Shown: positions 1-9,542, counted from the stretch's first letter. The stretch is DNA of 64,000 nt from an uncultured Bacillota bacterium (GCA_947644695.1 CANSAJ010000003.1:8424-72423); one strand, 5' to 3'. Numbers and translations are program-made. The notes: a model not told the origin generated them from the sequence alone.

Positions 1-373
1 ATTTTGAGGCTTCAAATGGTTTTTCTTTAGAGTATTCTAAAATAAAATAGTCATTTCTAATATTTAAAAATTTGTCATCTTCTTTTACTTTTATTAATGG
101 TTCTTTTTCAAATCGTCTATTTAATGCAAATAGAGTTGGATAATCATTAAATGTTCCTGTTTCACTATATTCAAGGCGAATTAAAACATCAGATAGTATT
201 GTTATCCTATATTTTTTTCCTTGAAAAACATACTTTGAATTAGCCTTTCCTAGGTTTATATCTATTTTAAAATGTTCACCTAAATCACTCATATGACTAC
301 TCCTCTTTATTCTATGAATATCTTATCACAAAAAGGAATACTTAACAATATGTAAAGGTTTTTAAATTATTTT

Positions 374-1504
374 TTATTTACTTTGTGTATAACCATATTT
401 ACCATCATCAAATTTTATAAATGCATTAAATATAATTCCTACAATACTTATTATAATTATTATTTTTAAGTCTAATTTTAAAATGTAAAATATTAATAAT
501 ATTAGTGTTCTTGATATATTATTAAGTAGTTCGATAAATCCTATGTATGATGGGGCATCATAATTTTTTCCATATGCATAAGTATTTCTTAAAACAATAG
601 TGTCTAAAGCTGATTTTGCTAACCCTTCTATAAATATAATTGCTAAAAATATGCTTGGATTTATAATATTTATTTTTAATGTGTATACTACTCCTAGTAG
701 AATTGATGATGCTTTTAGGTAATCTTTTTTGTTTTTATCCATTTTTTTACTTAGTATATAAATATATATTACGCTTCCTATTCCACTTATAATGTTAATA
801 AGTCCTAGAAAGTTAAATTCTTTTTTAACATAAATGTAAACAAATAATGGAAATATAGATATACTTATGTATCTTAATTGTTCGATTATAATAAATAAAT
901 AGTTTCTTTTAGGAAATGTGTGTATAACTTTTTTTAAATTTAGTTTTTCTTTTGTTTTTATGTTTATATCTTTTATTTTTATAAGTGGTATTATGCTTAT
1001 AAACATCAGTATAAATACTATTATAGTTAAGGTTACAAAGCCAAATGTATTTAGTATTTTGGCTCCTATGTATGTTGCTGGTATACCACCAATTATACTA
1101 AACATAGCATAAAGGCTTACATTATCTGTGGTTTTTTTGTCTTCAATAATAGTTAATGCATATATGTGTCTTCCTAGCCAATAAAATATCAAGTAAGTTG
1201 AAAATATTAATGCTAGAAAAACGAGTGAGAAAACATGTTTTGTTAATATATTTAAATAAATATATGTAAATGTGAATAATATACTACTTATTAACATTAA
1301 TTTTGTGTATGAGTATTTATTTCCTAATTTCAATGTGAATGGAATTATTAAAATACAAAAAGCATATTTAAATATTAGGAATAGTATTATTCTTTCTATA
1401 GTAAATCCTTTATCAAAAAGAAGTAGAGGAATGAATATCTCTACTAAAAGTTTAGCGAAACTTGTAATAAGTATAAATAAATTGTATTTTTTTAAGTTTG
1501 ACAT
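374..1504 (-). CDS. Polytopic integral membrane protein (about 12 predicted TM helices; MFS/O-antigen-type transporter-like)
   Basis: 376-aa ORF, highly hydrophobic with repeated TM-length segments; no specific family motif recognised. Confidence 0.45.
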   Translation of the reverse strand: MSNLKKYNLFILITSFAKLLVEIFIPLLLFDKGFTIERIILFLIFKYAFCILIIPFTLKLGNKYSYTKLMLISSILFTFTYIYLNILTKHVFSLVFLALIFSTYLIFYWLGRHIYALTIIEDKKTTDNVSLYAMFSIIGGIPATYIGAKILNTFGFVTLTIIVFILMFISIIPLIKIKDINIKTKEKLNLKKVIHTFPKRNYLFIIIEQLRYISISIFPLFVYIYVKKEFNFLGLINIISGIGSVIYIYILSKKMDKNKKDYLKASSILLGVVYTLKINIINPSIFLAIIFIEGLAKSALDTIVLRNTYAYGKNYDAPSYIGFIELLNNISRTLILLIFYILKLDLKIIIIISIVGIIFNAFIKFDDGKYGYTQSK

Positions 1505-1532
1505 ATTTTTATTATGCTCTTAAGAATCATAT

Positions 1533-1961
1533 TTATTCTGTATCTATTCTACTTTTTATTGTGTCTAATTCTTTTTTTGTACATCTTATATCCATTCTTA
1601 TAACTTTAACTCCATTCATTTGATAGTTAGTTGCAAGTTCGTATTTTCCTAAAGATTTCAGATCTTTTGTTACTTTTTCTTCAAGATGTCTTTCCACATT
1701 ATCAATCATTCCAGTATTAAATTTATAGGCTTTGGTAAATATTTTGGTTTGTACTTCTATTTCTATAACTGTTCCATTAATACCTTCAAATAATTCATTT
1801 ATGTTTTTTGAATTTAAATTAGGAAATTTAATACTGTAATAATCTTCTTTGTATTCGTATGTATTGCTCTCTTTAGATTCAGCTTTTATGTTTGTTAAAA
1901 ATAAAAATAAAACCATTGTTAATATGGAAATTGTTACTAATACTTTTTTCATGATAACCAC
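1533..1961 (-). CDS. Small secreted/exported hypothetical protein
   Basis: N-terminal signal-peptide-like segment MKKVLVTISILTMVLFLFLTNIKA followed by a charged soluble domain. Confidence 0.45.
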   Translation of the reverse strand: MVIMKKVLVTISILTMVLFLFLTNIKAESKESNTYEYKEDYYSIKFPNLNSKNINELFEGINGTVIEIEVQTKIFTKAYKFNTGMIDNVERHLEEKVTKDLKSLGKYELATNYQMNGVKVIRMDIRCTKKELDTIKSRIDTE

Positions 1962-2018
1962 CTGTTATTAGTATTAATTTATTATTATTTTTTAAACTTC
2001 CAAATATTGTTAATAGTT

Positions 2019-2666
2019 TTATTTTATTACTAGACCTTTAAAGAATCTGGCAAATAAATCCATAAATAATTCTATGACTTTATAGCTTTTGTAAATTATG
2101 TTTTGTTTTTCTAAATATTTGTCTTCTTCCCAAGAGTGATTTTTCACATTAAATATTCCTTCATAAATTTTGTAATCACTTAAATAATTTGACAATTCTT
2201 TTATAGAACAGTAACCATTTTTTCCTAAATTCGGCATTTTACAAAAGTCTTTTAAAATATGAACTGTAAATTCGCAGCAAGTGTAAGCTTTTTTTATTTT
2301 TACTTTTTTATGAAATGGATAAGCTACTGCAGATAGATAATTATATATGTATTCACTTTTATGGTTATTTAAATGATGTAAATATTTTTTAATCTTTTTA
2401 TATACTTTAGGTTTTAGTGGAATTTTAAATATTTGAACTTTAGTTTCTTTATTATCTATTGTGTATCTAAGGCTAGATTCTTTTACTAATCCTGCATAGA
2501 ATGTTGCATTTTTATATTTTCTTGAAAAAGAATATAAAGTTTTAAAGTTTGAATCAAAGGAGATTGAACAGTGATTATATTCAAATTTTGTCATTTTTCT
2601 TATAAATTTACCTGTTCTTAATGGAGTTTTAGTTAATAATACATATAAGTAATATCTTTTTTCCAT
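2019..2666 (-). CDS. Hypothetical protein (215 aa)
   Basis: Uninterrupted ORF with typical codon usage; no recognisable motif. Confidence 0.4.
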   Translation of the reverse strand: MEKRYYLYVLLTKTPLRTGKFIRKMTKFEYNHCSISFDSNFKTLYSFSRKYKNATFYAGLVKESSLRYTIDNKETKVQIFKIPLKPKVYKKIKKYLHHLNNHKSEYIYNYLSAVAYPFHKKVKIKKAYTCCEFTVHILKDFCKMPNLGKNGYCSIKELSNYLSDYKIYEGIFNVKNHSWEEDKYLEKQNIIYKSYKVIELFMDLFARFFKGLVIK

Positions 2667-2732
2667 ATTGTTTCTCCTCTCTTATAATTATTATATAATG
2701 TGATTATTAAAATTTCTATTATTTATATTTAA

Positions 2733-3752
2733 TTATATATCTTTTTTGTTTTTTAATTTATTAATTTTTATATATTTTTTAATTTTAGTTAATATTACTC
2801 CAGATGTTAATGTCATTAATGATACTAAGATATAATTTATAATAGAATTTTGTGTTATTATTTTTAGGTTTAGAATATTACTTAAAAAATGTATTATAAC
2901 AATAAAGAATGGGTGGATTATATAAATTAATAAGGATAAATATCTCAAGTCTTTGTTAGTTTTGTTATTTGTATTAATTAATCTAAATAAATAGAACATT
3001 AGTGGTATTAACATTATATACATGCTAGTATGTTTCATTAGATTAAAATGGTATACAATAAATCCTTCTATTAGCATTAGTACTAAGAATAAAATTGTAA
3101 ATAGTAAGTCTTTTTTCCTATTTTGTTTTGTATTATGTATCTTTAAATAATATCCCATATATAAAAATATAGGCATGTAGAATATTCCATTTCTCGTATA
3201 GTCAAATATTTTAAATATTATTTCATAGAATTTGTTTATTATAAAAATATTATTTATTAAATAGTAATAACTGTCACCAAATAACCCAATTATATAAAGT
3301 AATATAATTAATGGAATTAATAGTTTTTTATTTATTTTTTTTATTAAAAAATAAGTTAACCATAATCCTAAAATTAAACCTGGAAAATACCATAGATGAT
3401 ACATTGTACCTTCTATAAAAATTAATTTTAAAATTCCGAATAATCCTAAGTTATTAAAGTGATGTGCATATATGTTAATTGGTAAATAAAATAACATACT
3501 TATCAAATATATTAATAAGATTTTTTTTGTATATTTGATTAGCGTTTCTTTATTTTCTATAGATTTAGTTAATATAAAATATCCAGTTATTATTAGAAAA
3601 AATGGTACTCCTATTCTACAAAAGACTTGAGTAAATAAAAAATCTAGTGGTTCGCTAATCGATGATAAAGGAAAGACATGTATACCTATTATAAGGAAAG
3701 CTATTATAAATCTATATGTGTCTAAATTTAAATTATTTATTATTTTTTTCAT
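2733..3752 (-). CDS. Acyltransferase family 3 (OatA-like) membrane protein
   Basis: About 10 TM segments; N-terminal RIGVPFFLIITGYF motif characteristic of the acyltransferase-3 family. Confidence 0.65.
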   Translation of the reverse strand: MKKIINNLNLDTYRFIIAFLIIGIHVFPLSSISEPLDFLFTQVFCRIGVPFFLIITGYFILTKSIENKETLIKYTKKILLIYLISMLFYLPINIYAHHFNNLGLFGILKLIFIEGTMYHLWYFPGLILGLWLTYFLIKKINKKLLIPLIILLYIIGLFGDSYYYLINNIFIINKFYEIIFKIFDYTRNGIFYMPIFLYMGYYLKIHNTKQNRKKDLLFTILFLVLMLIEGFIVYHFNLMKHTSMYIMLIPLMFYLFRLINTNNKTNKDLRYLSLLIYIIHPFFIVIIHFLSNILNLKIITQNSIINYILVSLMTLTSGVILTKIKKYIKINKLKNKKDI

Positions 3753-3989
3753 ATATTTATTTTATCAAATATTATATAAAAAATCTTTACTTTAATATTA
3801 AATAGCTAATTTTTTCCAATCAATTAATGTATAACTTATAATTTATTACATATAATATTAGTGCAATGATGTTTATTTTATTTATTTGAAATATTTTATC
3901 ATTGTGTAGTTTGCGGTTTATCCGTGATGTTTGTTAGTACGTAAAGGCTAACTGTTTGAAAGATCACTTAGGTGATTTTTCTTTTTAAA

Positions 3990-5874
3990 TCTAACTTTAA
4001 GAGCTTCTACAATTTATAATAATCGAGTAGAGAAAACTTTTCATTTAAAGTATAATGAATACTTTTCCCCCTCACACCACCAAGCATATCGTTCGGTACT
4101 TGGCGGTTTAATTTGTAATAATATGTACTTTTAAATAGTGGTCTAGTAAATTTACTAGACCTCTTTTATTTAATCTTTCTTTAGATATTGCTTCTTTTAG
4201 TACCCATGTATTTCCAATAAAATATAAACCTCTTCTACAATTTGCTGTCATAAAAGCATTGTAATGGTCTATTCCTAGTTTTCTTAAAGATGTATATCTT
4301 TTCTTGATTTTCTTCCATTGTTTCCATATGACTACTCGTATCTTTCTTCTAATTCTTGCATCTAATTTATCAAGAAGTACTTTCATATCTGCAATTCTAA
4401 AATAGTTAACCCATCCATATATTAAATATTTTAATTCTTCTAATCTTTGGTTTAATGATATTCCTCTTTTCCTAAGAAGAATTTGATTTAATTTATAGAT
4501 TAATTTCTTTACTGATTTAATATGTGGCTTAGGTCTCCATATATTTTGATTAATCTTTTTGTAAAATCCAAAGCCTAAATATTTAATATCTTTTGGTCTT
4601 GCCACTTTACTCTTTTCTACATTTATTCTTAGTCCTAATTTCTTAGTTATAAATGTACTTACACTTTCCATCACTCTATTCGCTGCTTTCTCACTTTTTA
4701 CCATGATTAAACAATCATCTGCATACCTTACAAAATTTAAACCTCTTGCTTCCAATTCTTTATCTAATTCATTTAACATAATATTAGATAACAATGGACT
4801 TAAGTTTCCTCCTTGTGGTGTTCCTTTATGTGTTTTCTGTACAACTCCATCTTCCATTACTCCACTTTGCAAAAACTTTCTTATTAATGATATTACATCA
4901 TTATCTTTGATTGTTCTATGTATAATTGCCATTAATTTATCTTGGTTTACCTCATCAAAGAAAGATTGCAAATCTATGTCTACTATCCAGTCGTACCCAT
5001 CGTTAAAACATTCAAGCGCTTTTATAACTGCCTGTTCACAACTTCTTCCTAGTCTAAATCCATAAGAATTATTTGAAAATTGTTCCTCATAAATAGGTGT
5101 TAATACTTCTACTATTGCTTGTTGTATTACTCTATCTATTACACATGGTATTCCTAGTTTTCTCATTTTTCCATCTTCTTTTGGTATATAGACTCTTCTT
5201 ACAGGAAGTGGCTTATATTTTCTATTTCTTATTAATGTAAATATTTCTTCTTTATGTTCTTTGATATATGAAAATATTTCTTCAGTAGTTACTCCATCTA
5301 TACCACTTGCTCCTTTATTTTTGTAAACTTGCTTATATGCTTTGTTTAAATTATCTTTGGAAAGTATTTTCTCTAAAAGTTCCATATCTGTTCCTCTCTT
5401 TCTATTATCGTACATAGATTAACGTCTTTTATAGGATTTATTCTGACTTTTAATCTATTCCAGTATTAGTAATTAGAACTACAAATTATTCAGTCCTTCC
5501 TAATTTCTTAGTACTACGACCTCTGCTGACTTCTCATAGTTAACCTTTTTCGAACACAGATTTTCTCGTACTCCTCGTCGTTTCCCTTTCTATGTCTATG
5601 AGACCTCCCGCGGTAAGACATATATCTTTCCTCAATTAGCCACTTATTTTACTGCATAAAGTTACGAGTATCTATTTGGACTTTAGTTTGTATTGCAACC
5701 TTATCCGTTTACACAGCCTTATAATAAGTTTCTGTTCGTTAGCCCTCGATTTTGTTTCGCACTTCCTTTAGCCCCAAGCCTCACGACTGATGCTTTGCGT
5801 TTCCCTAACACTTCGCTGATACCTACGCGTGTAGTGGACTTTCACCACCTAGATATATGCCATGCACGGCACAC
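3990..5874 (-). mobile_element. Group II intron (3' boundary approximate)
   Basis: Minus-strand sense begins GTGTGCCGTGCATGG... at 5874 (GUGYG 5' consensus), followed by domain-I-like sequence (GTGCGAAACAAAATCGAGGGCTAACGAACAG). RT/maturase ORF lies in domain IV. Directly after the ORF stop there is a domain-V-like hairpin CCGCCAAGTACCGAACGATATGCTTGGTGG (about 4075-4107) and a G-rich domain-VI-like tail. Confidence 0.85.
4108..5415 (-). CDS. Group II intron reverse transcriptase/maturase (intron-encoded protein)
   Basis: 435 aa; RT domains 0-7 including a YADD active-site motif (RYADDCLIM), a maturase X domain and a C-terminal basic region; N-terminus LLEKILSKDNLNKAYKQVYKNKGASGIDGVT is typical of LtrA-like IEPs. 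Confidence 0.95.
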   Translation of the reverse strand: MYDNRKRGTDMELLEKILSKDNLNKAYKQVYKNKGASGIDGVTTEEIFSYIKEHKEEIFTLIRNRKYKPLPVRRVYIPKEDGKMRKLGIPCVIDRVIQQAIVEVLTPIYEEQFSNNSYGFRLGRSCEQAVIKALECFNDGYDWIVDIDLQSFFDEVNQDKLMAIIHRTIKDNDVISLIRKFLQSGVMEDGVVQKTHKGTPQGGNLSPLLSNIMLNELDKELEARGLNFVRYADDCLIMVKSEKAANRVMESVSTFITKKLGLRINVEKSKVARPKDIKYLGFGFYKKINQNIWRPKPHIKSVKKLIYKLNQILLRKRGISLNQRLEELKYLIYGWVNYFRIADMKVLLDKLDARIRRKIRVVIWKQWKKIKKRYTSLRKLGIDHYNAFMTANCRRGLYFIGNTWVLKEAISKERLNKRGLVNLLDHYLKVHIITN

Positions 5875-5969
5875 AATAAAAAGATATTGATTTTTAGTCA
5901 CGGCTCATGCAAAACTAATATATCATAAATCCCCATAAATTCAAGGTTTTTTCACTATTAAAATTTTAT

Positions 5970-5992
5970 TTTGTTAGCAACGTGTTAGCAAC
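5970..5992. repeat. Putative attL core (23-bp direct repeat copy 1)
   Basis: Identical to 45759-45781; contains the internal duplication GTTAGCAAC x2. Confidence 0.55.
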
Positions 5993-6010
5993 AAACAAGC
6001 TTTAAAATTT

Positions 6011-6496
6011 ATGATTTGTAAATACTATAAAGTTAAAAAGAAAAATAATAAAAAAGAAAAGCGAATTTATTACTACTGTAATAAACAAAGAATAGAAATA
6101 AACTATAGCGAATGTAAAAATTGTTGCTATAAAGAATATAAAGAACAAAAGACTATCAGAAAACGCACTTACAAACTAGCTAAAAAAGAAAAAGAAAGAT
6201 TTAGTATAATTTATTCTAAATTAGATAAATGTTGCTTACATCCATTAAAAGAAGCACAAAAAAACGAAGTGTATGATGGGGCATATAGACAATTATCTAT
6301 TAAACATGGTATGGTGATTCCATTTTGTGATTTATGCCATAAAAGGTTTCATAAAGACAGATTCTTTGCTCTATATTATAAATCATTATTTCAAAAAGAA
6401 TTTGAAAACATCCATAGCCAAACTGAATTTCTAAGAATTTTCAAAAAGAATTATATATATTTATATGAAAAAGAAAAGAAAATGAAGGGAGGTTAA
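6011..6496 (+). CDS. Cys/Lys-rich hypothetical protein, possible zinc-ribbon (prophage moron)
   Basis: 161 aa with C-x11-C-x2-CC and C-x2-C-H-x3-H spacing; plus strand, opposite to the rest of the prophage; no obvious SD, so the start is uncertain. Confidence 0.4.
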   Translation: MICKYYKVKKKNNKKEKRIYYYCNKQRIEINYSECKNCCYKEYKEQKTIRKRTYKLAKKEKERFSIIYSKLDKCCLHPLKEAQKNEVYDGAYRQLSIKHGMVIPFCDLCHKRFHKDRFFALYYKSLFQKEFENIHSQTEFLRIFKKNYIYLYEKEKKMKGG

Positions 6497-6500
6497 TGAG

Positions 6501-6758
6501 ATGAAAAAAATACTATATGATAGTCTAAGTCAAGATATAGATGAATTATACGATATATGCAAAGATTTAAATTATAAAGCATACATTAATAATACAGGTG
6601 TTATTATTAAAACGCCACACAATGTATATATTATTGATTCAATAAATATTAATTATTGGAATATATCATATAAAACAAGTGGATTTAAAGTTAAAAATAC
6701 GCCACTAAAAGAAGTACCAGACGTAATACGAGCTTTTGAAAATGACAGGTACAAATAG
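6501..6758 (+). CDS. Hypothetical protein (85 aa), prophage moron
   Basis: Strong RBS GGGAGG 8 nt upstream of ATG; followed by the hairpin terminator AGAAAGATttgATCTTTCT at 6791-6809. Confidence 0.55.
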   Translation: MKKILYDSLSQDIDELYDICKDLNYKAYINNTGVIIKTPHNVYIIDSININYWNISYKTSGFKVKNTPLKEVPDVIRAFENDRYK

Positions 6759-6790
6759 ACTACTAAGCTAATTTAAAAGTGTGTTATAAT

Positions 6791-6812
6791 AAATACCAGA
6801 AGAAAGATTTGA
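6791..6812 (+). terminator. Rho-independent terminator after the moron operon
   Basis: 8-bp stem AGAAAGAT/ATCTTTCT with a 3-nt loop, followed by an A/T-rich tail. Confidence 0.45.
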
Positions 6813-6982
6813 TCTTTCTAATAATATTATATTTTACATATAATATTAAAGGACCAAAAAGAGATACACCCACTTTTTAGTTAGGTGTACTCAGTCCAAA
6901 TTTAATTTAGTGTTGGCACCTAATCGCAATGGTAGGTGTCTTTTTTTAGTTGTTAAACAACCAATTCCCCGAATTAGTAGGA

Positions 6983-7045
6983 TTAGTCGTCTAAAAACTT
7001 TATTAATAAAGTTAAGATGACTATTAGAGCAATTAAATACTCCAT
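6983..7045 (-). CDS. Candidate small hydrophobic peptide (20 aa, MEYLIALIVILTLLIKFLDD), type I toxin-like
   Basis: AAGGAG SD 7 nt upstream of ATG; a single TM-length hydrophobic core with an acidic C-terminus; embedded in a region flanked by inverted repeats (6869-6883 / 7105-7119). Confidence 0.3.
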   Translation of the reverse strand: MEYLIALIVILTLLIKFLDD

Positions 7046-7260
7046 CCCTATACTCCTTCATAGGACTTCACCTCCTCCATATTTCTATATAGACCGAAGT
7101 GTAACACCTAACTAAAAATGTATCTCTAATAGATTATATAATACATAATAATAAATTAACAATAAAAATTAATCTATTGACAATATAATAACTATAGTTT
7201 ATTATATCAATTACAAATTTAGAAATGAATTTGTTGTATCACAAATGTGCTTTTTTGCAC

Positions 7261-7301
7261 AAAAAATAAGGTAGATATGTTTGATTACATACCTACCTTT
7301 T
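7261..7301 (-). terminator. Bidirectional rho-independent terminator at the end of the lysis cassette
   Basis: Stem GGTAGATATGT/ACATACCTACC with loop TTGATT, flanked by an A-run on one side and a T-run on the other; directly after the endolysin stop codon. Confidence 0.65.
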
Positions 7302-8012
7302 TTATATTTTTTTAATTTGACCAATAGATACCCAACCTCTAGGTTTAGTATCTTTTATTTCTCTACCATTTAAAGGTTCATTACTTAAATGGTATGCTCT
7401 AGGACTATCTGTTTGAATTTTAGTTATATATTTAATGTTACTTGAATCATTGATATCACCATTATAATATGCAGTTCTAGAACCACCTCCAAAAGAATCA
7501 GCTGTTGCATAACCTGTCAAAACTAATACTTTATCGCCTACTTTATAAGTATCATCTGTTTTTGGCTGTTCTTCATTTTTTTCCTCATAAATTGGTTTAG
7601 TCAAATATTCTGTTGGATCTATTCTATCGTTATCTCTATATACTTCAAAATGTAAGTGTCTTCCATTTACTGATCCACTCTCTCCTATTACAGCTAGGAT
7701 TGTATTTTCATCTACTTCTTGTCCTACATTTACTTTGATTGTTCCCTTTCTTAAATGTGCATATCTACTTTTCATTCCGTTTGGATGCTCTATAAGCACA
7801 TAGTTTCCCCAACTTTTATCAGCTAGTGGTAAGGTCCCTAATCCATCTTTTATATCTATTACTTTTCCTTTACAATTAGCATAGATGTTATTCTGTACTT
7901 CATCTACTCTCCAACCTAAATCCACTCCATTGTGTCCCTTATATCCTTGCCATCCACAAGTTATTCTATTTTCACTATCGTTTATTACTCTACTCATCTT
8001 TCTTTTCCTCAC
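7302..8012 (-). CDS. Endolysin: M23 (LytM) peptidase domain + C-terminal SH3b-like cell-wall binding domain
   Basis: HNGVDL ... GNYVLIEHPNGMKSRYAHL ... GRHLHFEV are the M23 zinc-binding motifs; C-terminal YKVGDKVLVL... is SH3-like; adjacent to the holin. Confidence 0.8.
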   Translation of the reverse strand: MRKRKMSRVINDSENRITCGWQGYKGHNGVDLGWRVDEVQNNIYANCKGKVIDIKDGLGTLPLADKSWGNYVLIEHPNGMKSRYAHLRKGTIKVNVGQEVDENTILAVIGESGSVNGRHLHFEVYRDNDRIDPTEYLTKPIYEEKNEEQPKTDDTYKVGDKVLVLTGYATADSFGGGSRTAYYNGDINDSSNIKYITKIQTDSPRAYHLSNEPLNGREIKDTKPRGWVSIGQIKKI

Positions 8013-8175
8013 TTTCTTTTTTAGTAAAATAAAAAGTTAATATCATTGTAATCAACGGTATTAACTCGTTAGCACTTATTTTATTTTGGAAGAAACCTAT
8101 TATTAAAGCTACTACCATTAAAATTGTTATAATTGATTTTAAATCTATCAATTTAGCAAATCTGTTTTTTATCAT
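7990..8175 (-). CDS. Holin (61 aa, two TM segments, charged C-terminus)
   Basis: Small size, two hydrophobic helices, KKESEEKKDE tail; overlaps the endolysin start. Confidence 0.6.
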   Translation of the reverse strand: MIKNRFAKLIDLKSIITILMVVALIIGFFQNKISANELIPLITMILTFYFTKKESEEKKDE

Positions 8176-8507
8176 AATTTTCCTTCTTTCTTTAATTTTT
8201 CAACCTTATGATCGATATAAGAATTACCACCTAATTCATGATATCTCCTGTTTGTTTCGTAAAATCTTTCTTCTTCTACTTCATCTATAACATTGTTTTG
8301 TTCAACATCACTTAAAAATCTTACTAAAAAGTTCTTGTCAGATGTCAATTCCAAGTCGTTTATTCTCTCTTTTAGTGGCTCAATTTCATCTTTTAAAGCA
8401 TGCTTAAGCCACCTTTTAATTCGTATACATAAGTACTCTATTGAACCAATTAAAGCCACTAAAAAAGCAAGTATACCTGCTACTTGTGTAATTGTCATTT
8501 TTTCCAT
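8172..8507 (-). CDS. Lysis-cassette-associated membrane protein (N-terminal TM + coiled coil)
   Basis: 111 aa; N-terminal TM QVAGILAFLVALIGSIEYL; translationally coupled to the holin. Confidence 0.35.
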   Translation of the reverse strand: MEKMTITQVAGILAFLVALIGSIEYLCIRIKRWLKHALKDEIEPLKERINDLELTSDKNFLVRFLSDVEQNNVIDEVEEERFYETNRRYHELGGNSYIDHKVEKLKKEGKL

Positions 8508-8517
8508 TTTTACCTCC

Positions 8518-8958
8518 TTAAATTTTATATCCTATTACAGCATAAATATATAAATCTTTCGTTGTGTCTATTGTCGGTTTAGTTTCATGAGTATAATAAA
8601 AATATCGCAATGATCTTGCAAATGTCATTTTATTTCCTGAAAATTTATACCATAAAGAAAAAATTCCCATAGCATTATTTTGGTCATGCCAAACACGAAA
8701 AATAGGGTGTTCCCCTGTTCCAATATAATTCACATAAAAAGTATTCGTTGTAATCATATCTGATTTCCCAGAAATAACATCAATTCTTTTATAATTACTT
8801 ATACTATCAGATAATGTGATACTCACATTAGTTCCACTGGAATTTTCATATAGAATTATTCCTCCTAAAGAATTTTTTAAAATCATATCATTATGTATTA
8901 TTACATTACTATCTAAATATTTATTATTTATTCCATCATTTCCGTAAATATTTGTCAT
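8518..8958 (-). CDS. Phage tail-fibre-associated hypothetical protein
   Basis: 146 aa, lies between the tail fibre genes and the lysis cassette. Confidence 0.35.
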   Translation of the reverse strand: MTNIYGNDGINNKYLDSNVIIHNDMILKNSLGGIILYENSSGTNVSITLSDSISNYKRIDVISGKSDMITTNTFYVNYIGTGEHPIFRVWHDQNNAMGIFSLWYKFSGNKMTFARSLRYFYYTHETKPTIDTTKDLYIYAVIGYKI

Positions 8959-8974
8959 AATTTTAAATTATTAT

Positions 8975-9394
8975 TTAAGCTATTCGTACATACCTATATG
9001 CTGTGATATATGGCTGTAAATTATTGTGAGATTTATCAGTAACAACTCCATTACCTCTGCTATTTTCATAATTTGCCCATCCATTTAATGGTCCTGACCA
9101 ATTAGTATTACCATAACCATTAGTTCTATTTGCCCTCACCGTTATTGATCCTGGTAATTCTTCAGTTATTAATTTATGAGTTTTCTCTCCTCCAGTCTTT
9201 TTAACTAAATTAAATTCTGTTTGGGATGCATCTACTCCCACTATTACTCTACCTACACCATATTCTTCCCATGTTCCACCATAAATTTCACTCGGATTAA
9301 TTTGTACAGCACTTTCCAATATATAACCCACATGAAATGAAGGTCTAGGATAGTATTTTACTCCTTTTGAGTCTATCAAATAACCTTCATTCAT
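8975..9394 (-). CDS. Phage tail/baseplate accessory protein (hypothetical)
   Basis: Best start is ATG 9392-9394, preceded by AAGGTG SD; the ORF track's GTG at 9403 is a less likely start; Gly/Asn/Trp-rich. Confidence 0.4.
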   Translation of the reverse strand: MNEGYLIDSKGVKYYPRPSFHVGYILESAVQINPSEIYGGTWEEYGVGRVIVGVDASQTEFNLVKKTGGEKTHKLITEELPGSITVRANRTNGYGNTNWSGPLNGWANYENSRGNGVVTDKSHNNLQPYITAYRYVRIA

Positions 9395-9458
9395 AAATTT
9401 CACCTTCTTGGAGATAACACTTAAATAATAAGCTTACCTCCTTTCGACATAAAGTACC

Positions 9459-9510
9459 TTTGTTTGTTTGTTTGTTTGTTTGTTTGTTTGTTTGTTTGTT
9501 TGTTTGTTTG
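9459..9510. repeat. Perfect tetranucleotide repeat (TTTG)13 (minus sense (CAAA)13)
   Basis: 13 uninterrupted TTTG units counted directly, 52 nt, intergenic between the tail-fibre gene stop (9579) and the next tail gene start (9394). Confidence 0.95.
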
Positions 9511-9514
9511 TAAC

Positions 9515-9542
9515 ATTATATCAAATATAGGTACTCCGTCAA
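9515..9542 (-). promoter_or_regulatory. Near-consensus sigma-A promoter (TTGACG-16nt-TGATATAAT) firing into the (CAAA)13 repeat
   Basis: Minus sense TTGACGgagtacctatatttgaTATAAT, with the -10 at 9515-9520 and the -35 at 9537-9542; extended -10 TG present. Confidence 0.5.

Noticed and set aside
4703-5065. Plus-strand 120-aa ORF inside the group II intron RT gene, and similar antisense ORFs (918..1112, 1272..1523, 8293..8553, 10216..10428, 10949..11260, 12536..12748, 13413..13601, 14904..15254, 15442..15633, 19146..19367, 23567..23969, 25398..25782, 46255..47868, 52394..53761 etc.)
   Set aside because: They are embedded antisense in well-supported genes, have low-complexity or hydrophobic junk composition typical of AT-rich antisense frames, and have no RBS. 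They are treated as spurious.
8975-9403. GTG start at 9401-9403 for the tail accessory gene
   Set aside because: The ATG at 9392-9394 is preceded by AAGGTG at ideal spacing, whereas the GTG would lie within the SD.
9459-9510. Repeat as part of the tail-fibre coding sequence (in-frame (QTNK)n repeat in the fibre itself)
   Set aside because: The tail-fibre ORF ends with TAG at 9579-9581, upstream of the repeat. The repeat is translated only within a separate small downstream ORF, if that ORF is real.
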